Of a DNA stretch of 64,000 bases, positions 1 through 12,630 are shown in pieces. The DNA is from Glycera tridactyla (taxonomy: Eukaryota): positions 38,688,001-38,752,000 of the forward strand of contig OZ286462.1 of the NCBI GenBank assembly GCA_965644265.1, given 5' to 3'. The position numbers and the translations under genes are program-made. How positions within the stretch are numbered: position 1 is the first letter of the stretch; each line of letters begins with the position of its first letter. A model generated the notes under the pieces. The model searched no databases, had not been told where the DNA came from, and worked only from the letters and a program-made list of their open reading frames with translations.

Positions 1-2279
1 CATATTTTTGGACCAATCCTCTGACTGGTAGTGAGGGGGGTGTACATCATTTTGACGGGTTTCAAAAGTCGAAAGTGTCAACTGTTTCACTTTCGAAAAT
101 GAGATACATTCCAATGCGAAATTTTCTATGCCATGAAGCGCACCAACGCTCACATTGATCATAAGATACCTGCAACTGCTATTAACAGTGAGAGTCTTGG
201 AGCTCTTATGTATGTAAATTGACTGGTGTAGGTCATTGTCATACACATTTTGACATCATCGCAAAATGGGCTATAAACAGCTTCTGAACGATAGCCATCT
301 TATCTGTAAATTGTTCCATGCACGGTTCTATAGCCTTCTAGAATATTCAAGTATCTTGGATCTCTTTCTCTCTGATCTCCACAACTTTAAGCAGGAAATT
401 CAGAAGATGAATTTTTACTGAATTGATTGACATGATTTCATGCTAAGATGTAAGAAAAGGAGGGAATAGTAATGTCTAAATCTTCATTGCACTAGGTTTC
501 TGACCTTCTCAGGATCTTATATTGATGGGAATTTGAATGAGTTTTTTGTCCTCTTCACCCAGGTGCCTCAGTTTGAGTAGGTCAGCAGATATCGACAGTT
601 TTTCACTAAAATTGGCTTTTGGCTTTCAAATCTTTATGACTCGCGAATTTTTGGACTTTCTCAATGAAAATTGACAAAACAGTTGCCAAAATACTGCTGA
701 ATCAACTTGTGTTGTCATTTTGATCCAGTATTGAGGAGGGGCCACAAAATATGGAGTTCAATGAAGATAGGTTTAGTCATGTAACGCTGAAAGGGTCCAA
801 ATATGACAGTTCTGATGGAATCACTTGCTTTGTTTACAGTGTTAATATCTGTTGATTCTGCCCAAAGTTGCACCAGTTGTAGCTTAATATCTGTGCTTTA
901 AAGAAATGCTACAAGATTGTGATTGCTCAACACAGAACCGCAGATACATTGCATCATATCCGATTTACGTTGATTTTTGTTATAGTGACCAGGTTTCTGG
1001 ACATGCCCATATAAGCAATGAGCAAAATCATCAAAATCTGACCATAGGGTTACACAAAAGTCATTTTTTGGAACTCAATGTATCCCACGTATCCATGGCT
1101 GCCGCCATTTCATCCTCCCATTCCTCTCTGCGCGGCCACACTTTGTAAGGATACAGCATCACAAGAGATCGGTAACACCGGAAGTGGTGAGATGCTGGTC
1201 TGACTACCAGGGGATCAATATAGGATCGATAGAGTAAAGACACCCCTACTAACTCCCCACTCATGCATTGTTGATGCATTAACTGCTCATACAAGAAAAT
1301 CAAGTTGGCAGAAAAAATACAGTCCTAAGTTCGCTTGATCAATATGTGACTTTCTCTGAGAATTCCTTTGATGACAGGTCTTCTAGCTTGCTTTGAAGAA
1401 TTTTACAAATGCAAGGAAGAAGGCCAATATGCTAGCAGTAGCCTGGACTTTAGCTTGAAATCATCAACATATTGAAGTAGCCTAAAGCATGCTCAGATAT
1501 CTAGTATAATGACAGCTTACATGCTCACTGACAGGTGCATTTTTAATGTATTTATGTAAGAGGTAATTTATGATATTGTCAGTCAAGATATAATGCCATT
1601 GAAAGTCAGATATCACTAGCTGAGGTGGAAACTGTCCATTGCTACAGGCAGGAATGGACTGCTGGGTCTGGCAGGAATATTCAACTGTTCTGAGAGAATG
1701 GTCTGCAGCCACTGGCAAGAATATTATGCTGGAAATAGTGAAAATGGTCTGCTGATACTGGCAGGAACATTAAACTGTCACAAGTCACAGGCAGGAATGG
1801 TCTCACTAGTCCTAGCAGGATGGGTCTTGGTCTCCTTGATCCTGATGGAAACTGTCTCATTGGTCCTGGTAGCAATGATCTTGCTAAACCTGGTAGATAT
1901 GGTTTGATTGATTGAACAACTTTATTTTTCTTCGTCATGGTAATTACATGCAAACAATGCACACGTCTCCAGAGTGACAAAGAGAAAATATAAACTCATA
2001 CATGATAGTACATAGAAAATAAGAATAACAGAACCATTGAATCAATATAGCCATAAGAGAAATTAAACTGGAAGGAACTTGCGTATGTTGATTATACAAG
2101 CTCATGTAGTAAACAGTATTGTTTGTACATAGTCAACTTGTCCCTCATATTTATATTGTAATCAAATTGACTCAAAGGAAAAGGTGAAGGATGAATGATA
2201 TGAGATGAATAAGGAAAACGAATATATAGACAGAATAGCGCACTCGTGATATTCCTACGGCGCCACCACGAGACCGGAC

Positions 2280-2950
2280 TCAAGTTGATTTCTGTCTTTA
2301 TTATATGATATCATTCGAGAAGAAATACCACCCAAATATGTTTTTGAGTAAATTCAATTGCGAGTACAAGTGTTTCAAACGACGGGATTACTTACAGTTG
2401 CGTGTAGCGAGATCGTGGTGGCTGACAGGTCGAGGTGACGCACACTCTCTCATTCACGCACAGAAACGCCCCCTCCAACCAATGGCCTACTTCTTGATAG
2501 AAGACTCACTTGAGCCGGTGTCAGTCGAATCTTTTGCTGGTTCTTTGTGCCGTCACTTGGTGTTCTGCAGGGTAACTTCACCATAGCAACAATTATTTCA
2601 GTGACGTCACAATGCACAGAACATAGCAGGGAATGATGCCCGTTGACCTGTGACCTCGATTGTGATGTGATAATACGATTGTCTGAAGACGGCGTGGGTT
2701 CCAATCATGGAAGTAGTCCGGCCCGCATCACAAGGCGAGTGTTTGATACAAATTTGTATTACCCATTGGTTGATACACATCGTTTACATCACCCATCGCC
2801 GTGGCGAATCGGCTGTTCATCACACACTAGCTAGGCATGTCATATAATAAAGCTGAGTATTGAATGATAAAAAGGTTTGATGATTGATGAATGATGTCGA
2901 TGATTGGTGATTGGTACACGAGCAGATCAATAATTATTTCAGGTAAATCA
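2280..2950. promoter_or_regulatory. Candidate bidirectional promoter / first-exon region
   Basis: Locally CpG-rich against a depleted background. GC-box-like CGCCCCCT 2467-2474; CCAAT 2479 and 2701, ATTGG 2764; X-box-like TTCACCATAGCAAC 2577-2590; perfect CRE TGACGTCA 2602-2609; TGACCTgTGACCT 2644-2656. Outward-facing donors: minus-strand GTAAGTA starting at 2395 and plus-strand CAG|GTAAAT at 2943. Function is inferred. Confidence 0.5.
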
Positions 2951-3230
2951 TGACATACATGGTGAAGGGAACACCCCGGGACTATACCCAAACCCATATT
3001 TATTTGTTTGCATGAACTCACACTGGCATGTGAGTTTGGGTGTAGAACTAAACTAGGGATATCAAAAATAGGGATATCAAGATACAAGATACACCGTAAT
3101 TCAGTGATTCAGTCGGCACCAAGTGTCAGGTTCGAATATGACTAGAGCTTCAGGAATTTCTAATGATGCCTAACCACTTTCTAAACTCTGGTGGTTCGGA
3201 AACAGCTAAATTCGAATTTGAATCATGCTG

Positions 3231-3372
3231 ATACTGTAAGAAACATCAGGCCAACACAGGTGGGAATGATCTGCCCATACTGGAAAAAACATCAGGCCAA
3301 TACAGGTGGGAATGATCTGCCCATACTGTAAGAAACATTAGGCCACCACAGGCTGGAACAATCTGTCCATAC
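3231..3372. repeat. Minisatellite, 3 x 46 bp
   Basis: Unit ATACTGTAAGAAACATCAGGCCAACACAGGTGGGAATGATCTGCCC starting at 3231, 3277 and 3323. Confidence 0.9.
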
Positions 3373-3745
3373 ATGGACCTTCTACTGACACAATCTCCCT
3401 CTTCTCTCTTTCTCTCTCACACACATTTTTCCAATCGATTCATTTCTCACACATACATTTTTTTTTTGATATATCTAATGTCAGTGACATGATGCATTGG
3501 TAACAGGTCCATGAAATGTGTCAAATGCCCAGGAGAGAAAGACATCCATCAAACAGACAGACACACAGACAGGGAGAAAGAACCAGCCCACCTCTGTACA
3601 AAGGCCACCTGGCTACAAAAGTCATCGCTTATCATAGCCACAAATGAATTCTGTGTAGTAAAAGGATTCCCTACTAAGGCAAACACTCTACAGAGACCAC
3701 TTGTCGTTGCAAACAAATGTTGCTCTTTGTGGACAGGTCCAACTG

Positions 3746-3747
<2 letters not shown>

Positions 3748-3821
<74 letters not shown>
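3748..3821. repeat. (TG)n microsatellite, ~37 units
   Basis: Uninterrupted TG run. Confidence 0.99.
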
Positions 3822-3823
<2 letters not shown>

Positions 3824-4622
3824 TGTGTTTGTGTGTATGTTGACAGCAGCAAGCCAGGGAAACCTGTCTGCCTAAGTTAACTATCAAAGTTACTAGCTTG
3901 TGTCTGGAGCCCTGGTCTGGAGCCGATGCCAACATGAAAACAACAACACATGCTTTTGAAGAATCCTGTCTCAATCAGAGGCCTCCAGTGTCTTAGCACC
4001 TTGTGGTCAGCCTCCCATCCATCATCCCGTGACATTCAGAAGATGACCCCAGACCTTCACCAGATCAACAACGGATACCACATCAACAACCAACCCCTCC
4101 ATTATTCATGGACTGAGATTTACACTTCAAAAATAGGTCTCCTCCAATGTGAATACATGGGGATACATCATGAATAGTAGCTTTCTCAGAAGACCAATCA
4201 GTGGTGGTCAACACTATCCCATGATCAGTGCCCATTTATCTTAGAAATCAAAAAGCTCATGTGAATGTTCATGAAAGTTCGTTTTGTTAAAAACAGGGTT
4301 ATTTTCTATAGATTAGTATTTTAGCCATAGCTAATCCCTGAAGTCAAATGCTAAAGATAAAAAGTAATTTTCATTCCTGTTGGGACAAAAATATTTATTT
4401 GGCATGAGAAAGTCATCAATCTTTCATTTTGGTGAACTGATTAATGGAATGGTCTCTGATTTCCGAGTGCTTTCTGAATCGGTAAAATTATTATCATTTC
4501 GCTAAAATAGATTTTTGAAAAGTTTTCCATACTAGATGAACCCAGATGGAGAATCACAAATTTTCAATTAAGAAGATTTTGCCAACACATCCCACTCATG
4601 ACTGACACAGCAACACCATGAA

Positions 4623-4824
4623 CAGCTGAGACAGAGTCGGACAGGTCATCAGTGAAATACCAGGTCGGGGTTTCGGGCCTTTAAATTCCATACCCCTGAA
4701 GAAGGGAGACCTGGTGGCCCAGCCAAGATTGAAGAAATCTTGACTCCTGTCCGGCTCTAAGCCACAGCCCATCAGCAGCTAATGGATCCACAGGGATGGA
4801 GCCCCTTGCATCCCTGTGGATCCA
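4623..4824. repeat. Unclassified dispersed repeat (copy 1 of 3) ending in a 16-bp perfect hairpin
   Basis: Reverse complement aligns by eye with 53843-53990 and 54232-54395. Inverted repeat TGGATCCACAGGGATG at 4783-4798 / 4809-4824. Confidence 0.75.
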
Positions 4825-6018
4825 CATCCTTAACTGCTCACGTTCTGTCATTTGCACCCAGCAATTCTCTGATGTTGTTCTCCCTCTTTATCATATTTGT
4901 TAATCATAAATTTTGGTATTGGAATATATTGGAATATCTTGAAAAGCATTGTTTTTGATTTAATTCATTGCGTTTCCATACTTTTACCAAATGCTTGATG
5001 TGGTCTTTTTTTAATGTATGTTTTGGTTGATACAATGGGGAACATCACAAAAAATGTACCTACCATGACTGGCTTGGTCCAATGTAAAAACAGCATAGCA
5101 GGACTTTTGGCAGGAAATTACATGTACGATTGATGGGTGTGATCTACTCACAAAATTGAACTGCCACACGATACATGTCATCAATAAATCCCATATATTA
5201 GATTACTGGGCTCAAGAACTCGGTTGGGAACAGAGGTTACAGGGCTCCAAATCAATATTATTCTATGGTTATTCCATAGGAAAGTAAAGTTGGATTTTCA
5301 CCAATCTTTTTGCCAATATTTCCACCTGCCCTCCTGCATATGAGCATGGACTGAAATGGTTATGTACCTGCCCATCAGGTAGACTGATGAAATCACCTGC
5401 TATACCCTACGACTGTCCTGTTTAAGCAATTAAAATGGGCTCAGATTCACTATATGGCTTGCATGAAGCTGATCATCAAAAGCGAAAAGCCACGATTCTT
5501 TTCCTTATACTTAGTGCAATCACGAGGATGACTCTCGTACTACATGCTGTGGCATATCTGACGACATTCTTGTACATATATACTACACATATAATATGGC
5601 TGTGATTGTATTGAAGGTACATAATTGGAGCATACTCTGTGTATATATTTCTTATGTTTCTCATGTGCTCCTTTGTTCTATTTTTTTTCTTATTTGCATT
5701 TTATTTGCTTATCTCACCTTTTTTTCATTTTTGTACCTTCCTGTATTTGTGTTTTCATGGCCATGAATGCATGTAATTTGACCTCAGGGTCCATGTCATT
5801 TTTGAAATAATTTAACAACAACAACATCATGAATATAATATGGGATGAAGAAGTACCCAATACCAACAGATAAGTTCAGAGAGATGGCAAAGTATACGGA
5901 TTATCAGCAATTATCATGACATGTGAACTGGACATGCTCAATAGACTGAGGGGTACATTCAGTGATTGGCAAACCTCATCTCATCATATAAAGTATCTGG
6001 TGCTCTATACAGTCATGA

Positions 6019-8185
6019 ACAAGGCCACAGAGGGGCAATATACCCCGCACACGGGAGCATAGTGGGTAACCCATATCGCACACTGGAGCACAGTGGGTAA
6101 CCCATATCGGTAAAGGTCATTGAGATGTTTGGTTGGCTATGTAATAAGTCACTGGATCACTGTGTAGAATAAGAAAATCTAATACATATGTAGTAGCACC
6201 TAAAACATTCACCTTGACCTATGACTTAGGGTCACATGCATTGTAAGGGAGATGTTGTAACATTGCTTGATCATCCCAGATCAGTTTGATCTTCATCCAA
6301 CAATGCTAGCCTGAGTTATTGTGTGGGATGCGGAAATTTAAAAATAGCTCCTATGGCCTTGACCTTTGACGCAGGGTCACATGCATCAAATGGGAGATAT
6401 CTCACCATTGGGTCTTTACGTTGTGAAACTTCGGTGCATATCGATCAATGCAAGCTTGAGCTGGAGTGTGAAATGAGAAAATTTATGAATAGTTCCTGTG
6501 ACCTTGACCTTTGACCTAGGATCAAATGCATCGTGAAGGAGGTGGCCTACCATTAGGTCATTACTTTGTGTAAGATTGGTGCATATCCATCGGAGCTCTC
6601 TTGAGTTAGAGTGCAAATGGGAGAATATATAAATAGCTCCTGTGACCTTGACCTTTGACCTGGGGTCACATGCATCGAAAGGGAGGTGGCCTACCATCAG
6701 GTCATTACTTTGTGTAGGATTGGTGCATATCCATCAAAGCTCGCTTGAGTTAGAGTGTGAAATGGGAAAATCTATAAATAGCTCCTGTGACCTTGACCTT
6801 TGACCTGGGGTCACATGCATCGGAATGCAGGTGGCCTACCATTAGGTCATTACTTTGTGTGAGTTCGACGCATATCCATCTCGCTTGAGTTAGAGTGTGA
6901 AATGGGAAAATCTATAAATAGTTCCTGTGACCTTGACCTTTGACATGGGGTCACATGCATCGAAAGGGAGGTGGCCTACCATCAAGTCATTACATTGTGT
7001 AAGTTTAGTGCATATCCATCGAAGCTCGCTTGAATTAGAGTGTAAAATGGGAAAATCTATAAATAGCTCCTGTGACCTTGACCTTTGACCTTGGGTCACA
7101 TGCAACGAAAGGGAGGTAGCCTACCATGAGGTCATTACTTTGTGTAAATTTGGTGCATATCCATCAAAGCTCGCTTGAGTTAGAGTGTAAAATGGGAAAA
7201 ACTATAAATAGCTCCTGTGACCTTGACCTTTGACCTGGGGTCACATGCATCCAAAGGAAGGTGGCTTACCATCAGGTCATCACTTTGTGTGAGTTTGGTG
7301 CATATCCATCGAAGCTCGCTTGAGTTAGAGTGTAAAATGAGGAAATCTATAAATAGCTCCTGTGACCTTGACCTTTGACCTAGGGTCACATGCATCAAAA
7401 GAAATGTGGCCTACCATTAGGTTATTACTTTGCGTGAGTTTGATGCATATCCATTGAGGGTAACTTGAGTTAGAGTGTAAAATCAGAAAATTTATAAATA
7501 GCTCCTGTGACCTTGACCTTTGACCTGGGGTCACATGCATCGAAAGGGAGGTGGCCTACCATTAAGTCATTACTTTGTGTGAGTTTAGTGCATATCCATC
7601 GAAGCTCGCTTGAGTTAGAGTGTAAAATGTGGAAATCTATAAATAGCTCCTGTGACCTTGACCTTTGACCTGGGGGCACATGCATCGAAAGGGAGGTGGC
7701 CTACCATCAGGTCATTACTTTGTGTTAGTTTGGTGCATATCCATTGAAGCTCGCTTGAGTTAGAGTGTAAAATGGGAAAATCTATAAATAGCTCCTGTGA
7801 CCTTGACCTTTGACCTAGGGTCACACGCATCGAAAGGGAGGTGGCCCAACATTGGGTCATTACTTTGTGTGAGTTTGGTGCATATCCATTTAGGCTAACT
7901 TGAGTTAGAGTGTAAAATAAGAAAATCTATAAATAGCTCCTGTGACCTTGACCTTTGACCTTTGGGTACGAAAATCAAATTTTCTAATACGATTTTTTCA
8001 TAGATCACAGTTATGAAGTTTTATGAAAATTGGACCAGCTAATCCAAAGTTATTGCATGAAATGTGAGCGGACGGACGTACGTACGTACGTACGTACGTA
8101 CGTACGTATGTACGTACGTACGTACGTATGGACGCCGGAGGTGAAACTATAATACACCACTTTTTTCAAAAGCGGGGTATAAAAA
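6019..8185 (-). mobile_element. Helentron-associated non-autonomous element (HINE/DINE-1-like), family A copy 1, with ~12 x 145-bp internal tandem repeats
   Basis: Left end ACAAGGCCACAGAGGGGC with subterminal ATACCCCGC; right end hairpin ATACACCAC...GCGGGGTAT then AAAAA; (GTAC)n at ~8078-8128. GTGACCTTGACC marker recurs every ~145 bp from ~6498 to 7942. No TSD, ends in A-runs. Strand given by DINE-1 convention (microsatellite near the 5' end). Confidence 0.88.
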
Positions 8186-8850
8186 TGTGGTCGCTATCAA
8201 ACTGTTGGAATAGATACACTCACAGGGATAGGCTCATAGAGATGCGCTCATGGGGATGTAGCCACAGATGCTCTTACTGAGATGTGCTCACCAGAATGCA
8301 CTCACTGGGATATGGCCGATGACAGGAGTACAATCAGGCTTTGAACTGCTAGGATCTGCTCATGTATTCAAATGAGTTGATGGACACGAAGATATGCCAC
8401 ATGTGAGGAGAATAGATGTGCTCACAAGACTCAATCAGGCATTATAGTGAGTGACAGATATGCATCAAACATGTGAAGTGACTAGAAATGCCCACAAATC
8501 TGATGTAACATGAGATGGATGGCACATTCACACTCCCTGTGTGCCTACATGTATATCCATTAACCTAGTATCAAATGAATAGTGAGCAAAATGAATGCCA
8601 ATCTGGGAAACAGTTCACTATCGTGGCAGAATAAGACAGAAGCTATTTGTCCTATTTCTAGGAGTCATACAATGTATCAGTTGCTATGAAGCAATGAAAA
8701 ACTACTAACATCTCTTCCCTTTAATGTCATATCCATCCATCAAACTGTGAGCACATGTTCACTCAAGCTAATATCCATCAACAGAGCAATACTTGGTTGG
8801 AGTGATATTCAATTTAATTTCCTTCTGGCTGAAGTAATTCATTGTTCGTG

Positions 8851-9022
8851 GTTTGATGACATGTATCAACCGAGATGATAATGTATGCCATGTCTTCCTG
8901 GTCAATGAAAACTAGATGGTCTGCTCCTGCAGGCATCACTTGAACAAACCCTGAACACAAGATGATGGGAATCTGAAAGATTATCAAGTGGAAGTATCTG
9001 ACAGTTCAGACACAACACTACC
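8851..9022 (-). repeat. Old dispersed repeat, probable retroposon 3' end (copy 1 of 4)
   Basis: Shares the core TTCCTGGTCAATGAAA.CTAGATG...CATCACT...AAACCCTGAACACAAGATGATG with 18862-18970, 26381-26555 and 39545-39661. Confidence 0.6.
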
Positions 9023-9810
9023 TGCTCAACATGAATATATTAAACCTTTTGGAGACATATCTGACTCCATCCAATAGGCTGGAGGTGGATACAATATTGT
9101 GGTGAACGATTGTTGCTGAACTTTCTCTTTCTTTCCCTCGCTTTGATGAAAATGCTAAGAAATAAATTTTGCATGAGGATGCCATGAATCTCCTATTTTA
9201 GATAAGCATTCTGAATTGCTTCAATTATTCTCACTCTGAACAGTCCCTAACAGGTTATTCATGCTTGATGGATCGCCAGATTGATATTTTCTTGTGTGAT
9301 GTTCGACTTTGAAGCCTTCATACACATCTCGTCGGTGCAGTGAACTTCATCTACAGCAAACTGATGCAGGTATCTCGGTCAATTGATGTAACCACCCTCC
9401 TCTGTTCCACTTTCCATACCGATCCATCACCCACCTGCATCTCTTGACAGATCAATTCCGCTTCCTATCATGCCACACAAACATATTGTCCCAGTCATAT
9501 TTTTCAAAACAATTTAAAACCTATATCAAATTTAACAATACAAAATATTGTATAATGAATCTGGCAGTGTAAAATGAATATTACATAGAGGAGAATTGAA
9601 GTATGGACTATGTCTGTATTCGAAGAATCCACTAAGACTCATGCATTTCATATGACACTATACAGTCATCAAGGTAGAATTGGGTCTGTTCAAAGGCCAC
9701 TTTTGCCATTAATCATGTATGGGCCACATTATTCCATAGAAATCAAGCAGAGGTTGATCAGAATTTAACTAAAGTACACTGAAATGTACGATTCACTCAT
9801 CACAAAACAT

Positions 9811-10150
9811 TTTTTTATTCAGCCTCCCCCAGGCCGTCGAGCCTGTAGCCGGCGGGGGAGGCTGTTTGTGTTCACCCATCCACCATCTTGGATTGAATTT
9901 GACAGGTCCCCGCTCGCGCCAAATGAGTGCAGGCAATGGGGTACCAGACGGTCATCTTGGCAATGGTTGCTGCGCGTAGCGTAGCCAGTAGCGGTTGGCA
10001 CGCGTAGCGCAGTCACTACCGTAGTGGTTGGTGCATGTAGCGCGGTCACTACCATAGCAGTTGGCGCGCATAGTGCCGTCACTACGTAGCAGTTGGCGCG
10101 TGTAGTGTAGCGCCGGGGTAGGCGTTTTGGGGCGGTCTTAACCGCAGGTT
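9811..10150 (+). mobile_element. GC-rich HINE-like element with 4 x ~33-bp internal repeats
   Basis: Begins with T-run plus hairpin CAGCCTCCCC...GGGGAGGCTG; tandem unit GTAGCGGTTGGCACGCGTAGCGCAGTCACTACC at ~9988-10110. Right boundary not resolved. Confidence 0.5.
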
Positions 10151-10388
10151 TCTTGTATAGTTTACACTCTCCACGCATAGATCTGATATATTTCAATCAT
10201 CTCCGGCATTGCTGAATCTGTATGCATGAACAAATGGTTGGTGAGTTTCCTATGATATTCATGAGAGTCTGACGCCTCCAAGCAGATGCAAAATCCTCAT
10301 TTCATAGTAAGGCTTATTTCTTCCTGCATTGATTGGCACAGTGCCATGAAGTTTCATGAAAGTAATATTCATGATACAACATATCATT

Positions 10389-10543
10389 TTAACCTGTCTT
10401 AAGTAGCCACTGTATTAAGCAGTCACCCGGCCTAAGCATCCACTTTTAGATATCCCACCAGTTTCTCCACTACAATTCACCTGCCCTAAGCAGCTACTTT
10501 TTGCATTTCTTGAGAGGATGGCTGCTTAGAACAGGTTTGACTG
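10389..10543. mobile_element. Tc1/mariner-type MITE (CAGTCAAACCTGT family), degenerate
   Basis: Right TIR ACAGGTTTGACTG|TA; decayed left TIR AACCTGTCTTAAG; internally similar to 27062-27221. Confidence 0.65.
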
Positions 10544-10588
10544 TAGATGCAAAATGAACATGATGGCCTAAATTGGGAGGGTCAAGAA

Positions 10589-10960
10589 AAATATAGACAG
10601 GACATTCTCACCAACAATGGAGAAGTTCATTCATCTATACCAAATATAGACAGGATATTCTCACCAACAATGGAGAAGTTCATTCATCTATACCAAATAT
10701 AGACAGGATATTCTCACCAACAATGGAGAAGTTCATTCATCTATACCAAATATAGACAGGACATTCTCACCAACAATGGAGAAGTTCATTCATCTATACC
10801 AAATATAGACAGGATATTCTCACCAACAATGGAGAAGTTCATTCATCTATACCAAATATAGACAGGACTTTTCTCACCAACAATGGAGAAGTTCATTCAT
10901 CTATACCAAATATAGACAGGATATTCATACCAACAATGGAGAAGTTTATTCATCTATACC
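10589..10960. repeat. Minisatellite, 7 x 53 bp
   Basis: Unit AAATATAGACAGGATATTCTCACCAACAATGGAGAAGTTCATTCATCTATACC, head-to-tail, near-identical, no spacers. Confidence 0.97.
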
Positions 10961-11149
10961 AAGCATTGTTCTAAATGATAATTTTTCATTTTCTGAGAGC
11001 TGAATCAATGAAATGGACAACAATATCATTAGGCAAATAATATAAAACATCACCATTGCTCAGTGTAACATATTTCTTTCGATACAAACAGATACAATCT
11101 GATATTTATATAGGCAAAAGTACTCAGTTGATCCATTGTATGGTATATA

Positions 11150-11306
11150 ATCAAACCTGCTCTAAGCATGCACTATACTAAGCAAGAACCTTTCTTGAGG
11201 AACCTCAGTGGATTCATTCCACCGAGTATTTACACTTTGATTCATCTGTACTGAGCATGCATTTTTGTGTCTTCTCTTGGCCACATGCTTAGGACAGCTT
11301 TGACTG
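11150..11306. mobile_element. Tc1/mariner-type MITE (CAGTCAAACCTGT family), degenerate
   Basis: AAACCTGCTCTAAGC ... GCTTAGGACAGCTTTGACTG|TA. Confidence 0.6.
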
Positions 11307-11317
11307 TAGCTGTTTAC

Positions 11318-11420
11318 AGGAACATCACCATAGTGAGCAGAATTGTTCCTTATGGAATCCTCACACACTGCAAGAACTGACAGAAAAATTGCTAGCAGCC
11401 TGTCCAGAGAAATCATCATT
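11318..11420 (-). CDS. Candidate exon (103 nt), unknown protein
   Basis: Acceptor TTGTTTCTGTCTGGTCTGCCCGTACAG, donor GTAAAC; open frame (R)MMISLDRLLAIFLSVLAVCEDSIRNNSAHYGDVP; phase-compatible with 13650-13747. No recognisable homology. Confidence 0.22.
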
Positions 11421-12440
11421 CTGTACGGGCAGACCAGACAGAAACAATGCAGGCTGAATTATTAGCTGGAGAGGATCAACTCACCTCTTATCTGTATCAA
11501 TCAGGACTGGATAGTAGCATCTAACATGCATTGTTATATGTTATTGAATAAGGCTACCTAAACCGGGAAGGTGCATCAGCATATTAACATCTGAAACTGA
11601 ATGAGAAAAAACCTCATGGTGTGGTCCTGACATTGATCACAACTCAAATGAACATTTTTATAGTGAGAGCTTATTCTATCTATTATCCGGATCAATAACT
11701 TCTTTGCAAGAAACTATATAATCAGAAAGAGATACATGTATTACCGGTAAATAGGCAAAATACAAATCCCAGCAAAATTCCTGAATAAATGAGCTGACAA
11801 ATAATTCGGTATTATTTCTTTTCTCTATCTCACATGCTTCTATTCAATCTCATTGAAATAACATATATCTGGAAGGGTTTCTTTGTAAGATTTGTAAGTT
11901 TTTGATGTTGTTCGCCACGGTTGATTAGCAGGTCCTTGGTTGGCCCACCACATATGAGCCTAAGAGTACCAGCAAATCATCCCGGTTTTTGCCGGGTGAA
12001 TATTGCAGGAAGAAAATGACCCAACATCCCATCACTTAGCCAGCTTCCCTATACCATGTGTTTTCTGTGAATATATAAGCATATAGTCATAATCTGAACT
12101 CCTCTTATGTGAATATATAAATCGGGGAGGATCCATTTCCGACAACCATTTGCTGATTACGCATAAACACGATTGAGTGGATGCAAATTGCAAGCGACAC
12201 TTGCACTGTATGATTATGATATATCCATAAATAATAGATTACTACGGAATGCGGACGACTCCTTACTGCCACAATAGCATTTTCATTACACCACCAATAT
12301 GACAATCAGCCGTTTACTGGCCTAATTAAGCCACTAATGACTGGTGCGAGATTACTATGCAGCATCATATGATGCACCCATGTCTTATGTGCTGAATGTT
12401 CATGGTGAAGGCAGATCAAATTACAGGAAGTTAACTATCT

Positions 12441-12630
12441 TATATTGCCGTATACACGCCCAAACCCATTTAGATGCGCACCCATGGCACCAGCTATGAC
12501 CAGTGGAACACATTGGAAACCCGGATAACTGTGTATTTCGTCAGTCTTCACCTGGCCAAACTCCATTCCAAATAGATGCACACGGTATTCGACATTGCCT
12601 CAGCGCACTATGCGTATATTCGGCAATATA
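12441..12630. mobile_element. TA-terminated MITE
   Basis: TIRs TATATTGCCGTATACACGC and GCGTATATTCGGCAATATA (19 bp, 2 mismatches). Confidence 0.7.

Noticed and set aside
3100-3140. Pol III A/B-box-like pair (TGATTCAGTCGG ... GGTTCGAAT)
   Set aside because: Spacing is too short for a tRNA or SINE head and there is no cloverleaf.
3511-3974. ORFs 3511-3822 and 3549-3974
   Set aside because: Kept open by the (TG)n microsatellite.
6323-7860. Stack of similar 70-90 aa ORFs (also 41940-42128 and 50628-51875)
   Set aside because: Translations of the 145-bp satellite (not a multiple of 3); frames shift every monomer.
9290-9460. FAVDEVHC (RecQ motif II or SRCR-like) on the minus strand
   Set aside because: Isolated octapeptide; neighbouring residues fit neither family and other frames are interrupted.
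10589-10960. CRISPR-like regular repeat
   Set aside because: Units are contiguous with no unique spacers, the context is eukaryotic and there are no cas genes; it is a minisatellite.
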